Virus record (IMG/VR): IMGVR_UViG_3300029675_000028
Strand: one strand, 5' to 3'
Source: a virus
Length of the DNA stretch: 36,144 nucleotides
A program made the translations under genes and the position numbers. Below, piece after piece: positions 31,209-36,144 of the stretch. Below the pieces are notes generated by a model, which was not told the DNA's origin, ran no database searches, and worked only from the letters and a program-made list of their open reading frames with translations. Within the stretch, counting starts at the first letter, position 1. Every line of letters starts with the position of its first letter.

Positions 31209-31796
31209 TCACTTGCCGAGCGAGGCGGCGGTGACGTTGGCGATGTATTCGACGCTGGTGGCTCCGTTGATGAGGTCGCTCGGGTTGGCGCTCATGGTCA
31301 CGCCGTAGCCGATGGCGTCGCCGGCGCTGTAGGTGGTGTCGTCGAATTCGGTGATGGTGCCGTCGGCGACGACGATGCGCTTGACGCGTTTGCCGGTCAT
31401 GGCGATCTCGAACACGAGCACGAGGCTTTCGCCGGACGGGATGGCGTGGTAGACGGTGAGCTTGTCTGCGGTGCCGGTGACGTTGGCGGTGCCGAAGCGC
31501 AGTTTGAGGCTGGCTTCGTTGGTTTCGATCATGTTGAACTGCCATGTCTCGCCGTAGCCGCTGATCTCGGACAGTACCTTGATGCCGCCCATCTCGTTGA
31601 TGTCGGTGGTGTCGGTGTCGGCGGCGTTGGTGACGCCGTCCTCGCTCAGGTAGCCGACGCAGGTGTATGCGGTGGTCAGGGCGGTGGTGGCGTCGGCGGG
31701 CAGGGCGGTTCCTGCGGGCGCGTAGTAGAGGCAGCCGGTCTTCTTGGGCTTGCCGAGGCTGACGTTTTTCTTGTTGTTGTGGTTGGTTTCGGCCAT
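31209..31796 (-). CDS. Major tail protein
   Basis: 195 aa, directly upstream of the G/GT chaperones. The sequence style (GCLYYAPAGTALP...TWQFNMIETN...) is typical of siphovirus major tail proteins. Confidence 0.85.
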   Translation of the reverse strand: MAETNHNNKKNVSLGKPKKTGCLYYAPAGTALPADATTALTTAYTCVGYLSEDGVTNAADTDTTDINEMGGIKVLSEISGYGETWQFNMIETNEASLKLRFGTANVTGTADKLTVYHAIPSGESLVLVFEIAMTGKRVKRIVVADGTITEFDDTTYSAGDAIGYGVTMSANPSDLINGATSVEYIANVTAASLGK

Positions 31797-31827
31797 GATG
31801 GTGCCTTTCGGATGGTGCGGCGTCGTC

Positions 31828-32193
31828 TTATTGGGTGGCGGCGTCGAGCTGGATGGTGATCTGGTATCGGGGTTGGGGCGGCGGGCCGGGGTCGGGGAAG
31901 TCGGCGACGCTTTCCACGCTGACGGCGGCGATGGGGTCGAGCAGGTCGAGGTCGAGCAGTCGGGGCAGCACTTGGCTCGTGGCGAGCTGGGCGGCCTGCC
32001 ATCGGCTTTCCGCCCATGCCTGCACGGCGATGGTGGGATGGCTGCTGTATTCGTTCTCGTTGCCGCCGACGCGCTCGATGGTGACGAGCCTCTTGGGTCG
32101 GTCGGCGGGCACTTCGAGGTATGCGGTCAGCCCGTCGCCGTCGGGGTCGGTGTCGATCCAGTCCTTGACCGTTTTTTCGAGGTTGATGCTCAC
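31828..32193 (-). CDS. Tail terminator / tail completion protein (DUF3168-like)
   Basis: 121 aa, GTG start in a GTGA overlap, located upstream of the major tail protein. Confidence 0.7.
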   Translation of the reverse strand: MSINLEKTVKDWIDTDPDGDGLTAYLEVPADRPKRLVTIERVGGNENEYSSHPTIAVQAWAESRWQAAQLATSQVLPRLLDLDLLDPIAAVSVESVADFPDPGPPPQPRYQITIQLDAATQ

Positions 32194-32453
32194 TGCTGTT
32201 TCACCGCCTTGAGCAGCGTGTTGTGTTTCGCGTTGTCGAACGCGGCCGCGACGCTGCCTTTGGTGGTGGCGAGGGCGACCGCGCCGTGGTCGGTGGCGTG
32301 GGCCACGGCGTGGTCGTAGTGGGCGTTTTTGGTTTGGGCCAGCTCGTTGGCCGTGTCGGCGATGCGTTTTGCCTGCTCGGTGATGACGTGCATGGCTCCG
32401 GCGGATTGGCGGACTTGGCGGAAGCCGGCGAGGTTGAGTTTGACTTTCGGCAT
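32190..32453 (-). CDS. HK97 gp10-like head-tail joining protein
   Basis: MPKVKLNLAGFRQVRQSAGAMHVITEQAKRIA... matches the gp10-family N-terminus. AGGAGA RBS. Confidence 0.75.
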   Translation of the reverse strand: MPKVKLNLAGFRQVRQSAGAMHVITEQAKRIADTANELAQTKNAHYDHAVAHATDHGAVALATTKGSVAAAFDNAKHNTLLKAVKQQ

Positions 32454-32464
32454 GGCGTGGTCTC

Positions 32465-32800
32465 CTATCCTCTGGTGTCGGCGAGTTCGACGGTGAGGTT
32501 CCATCGGGTCGGGGTCATGCCGCCCGTGTAGGGGCGTGGGTCTCCGATCACGGTGTATGCGACGCCGTCGATGACCGCCTTGGCCCCGCGCAGGCTCCGG
32601 TAGGGCCATGCGCGGGGCATGTGGATGGTTTTCGCGGTGCGGATGCCGTCGGGGCGGATGCCGTCGGTGAGGTTCGACTGGCCGCCGTCCTGTATGAGCA
32701 CGTCGTCCACCTGTTCCTCGCTGATGTTCCAGATGATTCCGCCGCCGGGGTCTTCGCCGGCTTTGACGCGGTGGATGAGGGTGATGGTCTCGCCTTTCAT
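32465..32800 (-). CDS. Head closure protein (SPP1 gp16-like)
   Basis: MKGETITLIHRVKAGEDPGGG...; ATGA overlap; GGAGG RBS; position in the connector module. Confidence 0.7.
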   Translation of the reverse strand: MKGETITLIHRVKAGEDPGGGIIWNISEEQVDDVLIQDGGQSNLTDGIRPDGIRTAKTIHMPRAWPYRSLRGAKAVIDGVAYTVIGDPRPYTGGMTPTRWNLTVELADTRG

Positions 32801-33249
32801 GCCGCGCCTCCGGCCATGTCGTAGGCCCATGCCTCGCCGTCGCCGCCCAAGGCCTCCTTCTCACTCGTGGTGAGGTAGAGGTCGCCGGCCGGGTTGGCGT
32901 AGCTCAGGCTTTCGCTGTAGCTGCCGGCGGTCTGGGTGGATTGGGTGACGCCCGACATGTCGGGGCCGGCCTGCATGGCTCGTTTGACGGCCATGCAGGC
33001 GATGCGCTTCAATGTGGCGGGCTTGGCGGCGGGCCAGCGCGGGCAGGTGGTGCGGATCAGGTCGGATGCGTCCGCGAGCAGCGCTTCGGCGCGTTTGTAT
33101 TCCTCGCCGGTGAGCGCGTGCCAGCGTGCTTCGAGGTCGCCGGCCTGCGCGAACGGCTTCTCGTCGTCCGTTTCGTCCTCTCCCCCGCCGGCCTGCGTCA
33201 CGGTTGTGCCGTCGGACAGGTTGAGCGGGGTGCTGGGGTATCCGTCCAT
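32797..33249 (-). CDS. Head-tail adaptor (gp6/gp15-like connector protein)
   Basis: DLEARWHALTGEEYKRAEALLADASDLIRT pattern typical of gp6-like connectors. AAGGAGA RBS. Confidence 0.72.
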   Translation of the reverse strand: MDGYPSTPLNLSDGTTVTQAGGGEDETDDEKPFAQAGDLEARWHALTGEEYKRAEALLADASDLIRTTCPRWPAAKPATLKRIACMAVKRAMQAGPDMSGVTQSTQTAGSYSESLSYANPAGDLYLTTSEKEALGGDGEAWAYDMAGGAA

Positions 33250-33260
33250 GCGGGGTCTCC

Positions 33261-33575
33261 TTAGGCGAGCAGGCCGGCGGCCTTGAGCTTGGTCAGCGTG
33301 GAGTTGACCTTCGCGACGATGGCCGCCGAGTCGGCGGATGCGGCGAGCTGCGCTTCGGCCGCCTGCTGGAGCACGCCGCCGCGCGCGCCGGCGGTCGGCG
33401 CGGGCGGCGTGAACGTAGACGGCTTGCCGGCGATGGCCGACCATGCGATGGTTGCGACGCCTTCCGCGAACGGGGTGCCGTCGGGCTTGACCAGACGCAC
33501 GGGAATGGACAGGCCAGTCTCGTCGGCCTCGTCGGTTTCCTGTACTACGAGCGTCTGGGTGAGGGGCGCGGCCAT
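33261..33575 (-). CDS. Hypothetical head-associated protein (104 aa)
   Basis: MAAPLTQTLVVQETDEADETGLSIPV...IAWSAIAGKPSTFTPP...; start overlaps the capsid gene stop by 1 nt. Confidence 0.7.
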   Translation of the reverse strand: MAAPLTQTLVVQETDEADETGLSIPVRLVKPDGTPFAEGVATIAWSAIAGKPSTFTPPAPTAGARGGVLQQAAEAQLAASADSAAIVAKVNSTLTKLKAAGLLA

Positions 33576-34480
33576 CACTCGCTCGCCTTGACGGAGGATG
33601 TGGACTTCTTGAGCACGGCGATGCCCTTGGGGTCGAGGATCGCGTAGGAGTACATGGCCTCGGTGCGGTAGGCGATCTGGTTGACGCCCTTGAGGTCCTT
33701 GCCGGTGTTGTCGGGGTCGCCGTATTCGATGATCTCGCTCCAGATGTCGCGCACCATGCCCCACTTGATGAGGCGGAAGTCGCCGAGGAAGGCGAGGATG
33801 CCGGTCGCCGGGGTGACGAGCCGGCCGTTGACCGTGCCGGACGTGGCGGCCGGGATGCCGTCGAGGTTGCCGACCTGAAGGTTGATCGGGATCTCCGGGT
33901 AGAAGCGCTGGCCGGTGGAGGGAACGCGGATCTTGCGCAGCTCGTTCGCCATGGTCTTGGACAGGGCGATGCCGTTGATGTCGTACTCGTCGCTGACGGC
34001 CTCGGCGAGGCTGTCGATGTCGGCGACGCGATCGTCGGTGGCCGTCACGCTGACCGCGCTTTTGGCGAGCGCGTTGAAGCCTTCGAGGGTCGTTTTCTTC
34101 TTGGGGTCGAAGGCGTGGTAGACGACGTAGTCGAGGACGCGGCCCATCGCGGCGGCCTGGTCTGCCTGGATCTTGCTGATGATCTCCAGTTTGGCGTCGT
34201 CGTCGGCCCACTGGAGCTCGTTGCTGAGGCGGGTGGTGGTCTGCACCTTGAAGCGCTTGCCGACGACCGGGGTGAGGGTTTCCTCGTAGCTGGACTTCTG
34301 CGCGCCTTCGGCGACGACCTCGGCTTCGGAATTGCCGGTGAAGACCATGTAGTCCTTGTCGAGGAAGAGCTGGGGTTCGCTCGGGGACAGTGCGGCGATG
34401 GTGCTGGTGTCCTTGGCGCGCTTGGTGATGACGGTGGCTACTTCCTTGGGGAGCAGCACCTTGCTGGTGTCGAGTGCCAT
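33575..34480 (-). CDS. Major capsid protein (HK97 fold)
   Basis: 301 aa; AAAGGAAA RBS; lies downstream of the scaffold gene. Sequence typical of SPP1/HK97-like capsid proteins. Confidence 0.92.
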   Translation of the reverse strand: MALDTSKVLLPKEVATVITKRAKDTSTIAALSPSEPQLFLDKDYMVFTGNSEAEVVAEGAQKSSYEETLTPVVGKRFKVQTTTRLSNELQWADDDAKLEIISKIQADQAAAMGRVLDYVVYHAFDPKKKTTLEGFNALAKSAVSVTATDDRVADIDSLAEAVSDEYDINGIALSKTMANELRKIRVPSTGQRFYPEIPINLQVGNLDGIPAATSGTVNGRLVTPATGILAFLGDFRLIKWGMVRDIWSEIIEYGDPDNTGKDLKGVNQIAYRTEAMYSYAILDPKGIAVLKKSTSSVKASE

Positions 34481-34513
34481 GATGATGGTTTCCTTTCGGA
34501 TGGTTGGTGGCGG

Positions 34514-35047
34514 TTAGTCTTTGTTGCCGAAGAGGCTGCGCACGTATGCCTTGGCTCGTTCGTCGGCGGTTTGGCCGGCGGGGTGCTGTGCCGGGTTGGG
34601 CACGTTCGGCAACTTCGGCGCTGGGTGCATGAGCGGTTTGAGGATGCCGGCGTGCGCCTGGATCTCCTCTAGGGTGCTGCCGCGCAATGCTTCGGCCGGG
34701 ATGCCGGTCTTGGCTGATACCTGCGTCTTCCATTCGGCCTGCTGTTCCTTGGCCTTGTAGGCGGCGACCTGCGCTTCGAGTTCCTGCGTGCGCTTGGCGG
34801 CCTTCTCGGCCTCGCTCATTTGGGATTCCTTGAGCTTTTCCAGCTCGTCGGCGGCGGCCTTGTTGGCCTTGGCCTTCTTTTCCCAGTCGCGCGAGTGGCC
34901 GAGCGCTTCCTTGTATTTGGCTTCCCAGTCGATCTCCTCGCCGTTGCCGTTCGGTTCGGCCGGCGGGGTGGGGTCGGTGGTGTCCGAACCGCCTTCGGCG
35001 GGCGGGGCGATGTATCGGATATGGGGGTGCTGGAGGTTGAGGAACAT
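34514..35047 (-). CDS. Scaffolding protein
   Basis: 177 aa from the internal Met (MFLNLQHPHIRY...), with AAGGAGAA upstream. Helical, charged coiled-coil region (EKKAKANKAAADELEKLKESQMSEAEKAAKRTQELEAQVAAYKAKEQQ). Confidence 0.85.
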   Translation of the reverse strand: MFLNLQHPHIRYIAPPAEGGSDTTDPTPPAEPNGNGEEIDWEAKYKEALGHSRDWEKKAKANKAAADELEKLKESQMSEAEKAAKRTQELEAQVAAYKAKEQQAEWKTQVSAKTGIPAEALRGSTLEEIQAHAGILKPLMHPAPKLPNVPNPAQHPAGQTADERAKAYVRSLFGNKD

Positions 35048-35084
35048 GGTTGTTCTCCTTGTGTTCGGGCCCTTTCCGGGCATT

Positions 35085-35110
35085 GAAAAAGCCACCCGTG
35101 CGGGTGGCTG
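35085..35110 (-). terminator. Rho-independent terminator (distal member of a tandem pair)
   Basis: Minus strand AGCCACCC-gcac-GGGTGGCT followed by TTTTTC. Confidence 0.7.
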
Positions 35111-35137
35111 AAAACTCTTGGCCCGGTTGGCGGGCAT

Positions 35138-35168
35138 GAAAAAGCCCCGGCGGATGTCGGCCGGGGCT
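35138..35168 (-). terminator. Rho-independent terminator (proximal member of a tandem pair)
   Basis: Minus strand AGCCCCGGC-cgacatcc-GCCGGGGCT followed by TTTTTC; begins 5 nt after the stop at 35173. Confidence 0.75.
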
Positions 35169-35172
35169 GGGA

Positions 35173-35403
35173 TCAGTCGGCGAGCGCCAGTGCGATGAGG
35201 TTGCGGCTGGGCTGGTCGATGTGGTCTTTGGGTTTGTTGTGGTAGAGGCAGTGGAGCAGGTCGGCACGCAGCTCCGTGTCGGTTAGTGTGATGCCGGTGT
35301 CTTCGATGTTGAAGTAAGGGGTTTCGAAGCGTTCGGAGTAGTCGAGTAGGAGCAGGTCGGTGTTGTCGTTGTGGTGTTGGGTGAAGTATTCTTCTTCGCT
35401 CAT
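35173..35403 (-). CDS. Small acidic protein (76 aa) coupled to the MuF-zincin gene; candidate immunity or partner protein
   Basis: ATGA overlap at 35400-35403. MSEEEYFTQHHNDNTDLLLLDYSERFETPYFNIEDTGITL.... GC is visibly lower than in flanking genes. Confidence 0.75.
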   Translation of the reverse strand: MSEEEYFTQHHNDNTDLLLLDYSERFETPYFNIEDTGITLTDTELRADLLHCLYHNKPKDHIDQPSRNLIALALAD

Positions 35404-36144
35404 GACAATGCCTCCTGAATCATGGTATTGAACATCTTAGCCGATTCGGGGAAGTAGTTGGCGATGAGCCGCCATGCTTCGGGGTTTGCCATCTGCGCGT
35501 CGAGCATTTCGGCGAACGCTTCGGTGGATTGGAGTTGTCCGCTTTGCCGGAAGTAGCCTTTGGGATGGCCGACGCTGCCGTGGTAGTCGTCGCCTAGGGC
35601 GGCTTGGAGCATGTCTTCGACGTTGCGGTCGGTTTTTGCGGAGTTCGTCGCGATCTCTCGGGCGATGGCCTTCATGACGCTTTGTCGGCCTGCGGGCTTG
35701 TCTTCGGCCATGAGGGTTGCCTGTGTGGTGTCGAATATGCGTTGGGCGTCCCTTTTGAGCACGTCGTTGAACAGTTTGCCGTTGTGAGGGGCCCATGAGA
35801 ACGAGTTCTTGTCGAGTAGCCAGTCGAGCATGTGGCCGCTTTCGTGGAAGAGGTTCTGCACTGGGCGGTGTGCGTTGTCTCCGGCCATGACGGTGTCGAG
35901 GTTGAGGTGGATGCCGCCGTCGGAGGGACTGAAGTAAGCGCCTTTGGGGAGCCGTGTTTCTTTGATGTCGTATTGGGCGGCGTATTTGGCCCAGAGCCTC
36001 GCCGCGTCTTTGTGCTCGGTTTTGTTGAGGAGCCGGTTGACGCGGCGGGTATACGCTTCGCCGAGTTGTTGTTCGAGTCTGCTGCCTCGCGGGATGCGCA
36101 GGTCTGGCGCGAATTCCGATCCGTCGGTGAACATGTCCGGCGAT
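35400..36144 (-). CDS. C-terminal part of the MuF-family protein: HExxH zincin-like (polyvalent-protein metallopeptidase-like) domain
   Basis: Continues the ORF from 1..914 across the junction. HESGH is encoded at 35832-35846, with a downstream STEAFAEMLDAQ segment as a possible third-ligand helix. Confidence 0.85.
   Translation of the reverse strand, partial: SPDMFTDGSEFAPDLRIPRGSRLEQQLGEAYTRRVNRLLNKTEHKDAARLWAKYAAQYDIKETRLPKGAYFSPSDGGIHLNLDTVMAGDNAHRPVQNLFHESGHMLDWLLDKNSFSWAPHNGKLFNDVLKRDAQRIFDTTQATLMAEDKPAGRQSVMKAIAREIATNSAKTDRNVEDMLQAALGDDYHGSVGHPKGYFRQSGQLQSTEAFAEMLDAQMANPEAWRLIANYFPESAKMFNTMIQEALS
36046..36144. repeat. Terminal direct repeat, second copy of 1..99
   Basis: Exact 99-nt identity with the window start. 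Confidence 0.97.

Noticed and set aside
1-36144. CRISPR arrays, transposases or IS elements, a DGR reverse transcriptase, an invertase or shufflon near the fibre genes, and a capsid maturation protease
   Set aside because: I looked for these and found none. The head module appears SPP1-like (portal, MuF, scaffold, capsid) without a protease.

Overview
This window is a complete, circularly closed genome of about 36.0 kb from a temperate siphovirus-type phage. It is high-GC, so the host is probably an actinobacterium; the WhiB-like gene, leaderless-type starts and CHAP endolysin are compatible with a Bifidobacterium-like host, which I cannot verify without a search. The first 99 nt are identical to the last 99 nt, so one gene (MuF-family) is split across the window ends.

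Almost all genes are on the minus strand. Read in their direction of transcription, from high to low coordinates, they are:
- **Lysogeny-proximal operon (17685 to 15637):** XRE regulator, a 136-aa ORF, an SPFH/band-7 protein and two small membrane proteins.
- **Non-coding gap:** 372 nt.
- **Early and replication genes (15264 to 5039):** SSB, an initiator-like gene containing 11-bp-periodic iterons, an HNH protein, an SNF2 helicase, an SPPF DNA methyltransferase, a DEDDh exonuclease, DUF3310, many small translationally coupled ORFs, a WhiB-like protein and HTH proteins.
- **Packaging region:** a phage-borne tRNA-Ser(GCU), then HNH, terS, terL and portal.
- **Head genes (across the window junction):** a MuF protein fused to an HExxH domain, a small coupled ORF, scaffold and major capsid.
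- **Head-tail and tail genes:** connector proteins, major tail protein, G/GT chaperones with a CCCAAAC -1 slippery site, tape measure, Dit, Tal and a BppU-like fibre.
- **Lysis cassette:** membrane protein, amber-interrupted small ORF, holin, CHAP endolysin and a small membrane protein.

On the plus strand are an attP-like tRNA 3' fragment, a tyrosine integrase and a BrnT/BrnA-like toxin-antitoxin pair.

All functional calls come from motifs and gene order that I recognise by eye. No database search was possible. Most long plus-strand ORFs in the track, and the Arg/Pro/His-rich N-terminal extensions of the minus-strand ORFs, are antisense or out-of-frame shadows typical of high-GC DNA. I trimmed starts to the first Met/Val that has an RBS or an ATGA/GTGA coupling overlap.
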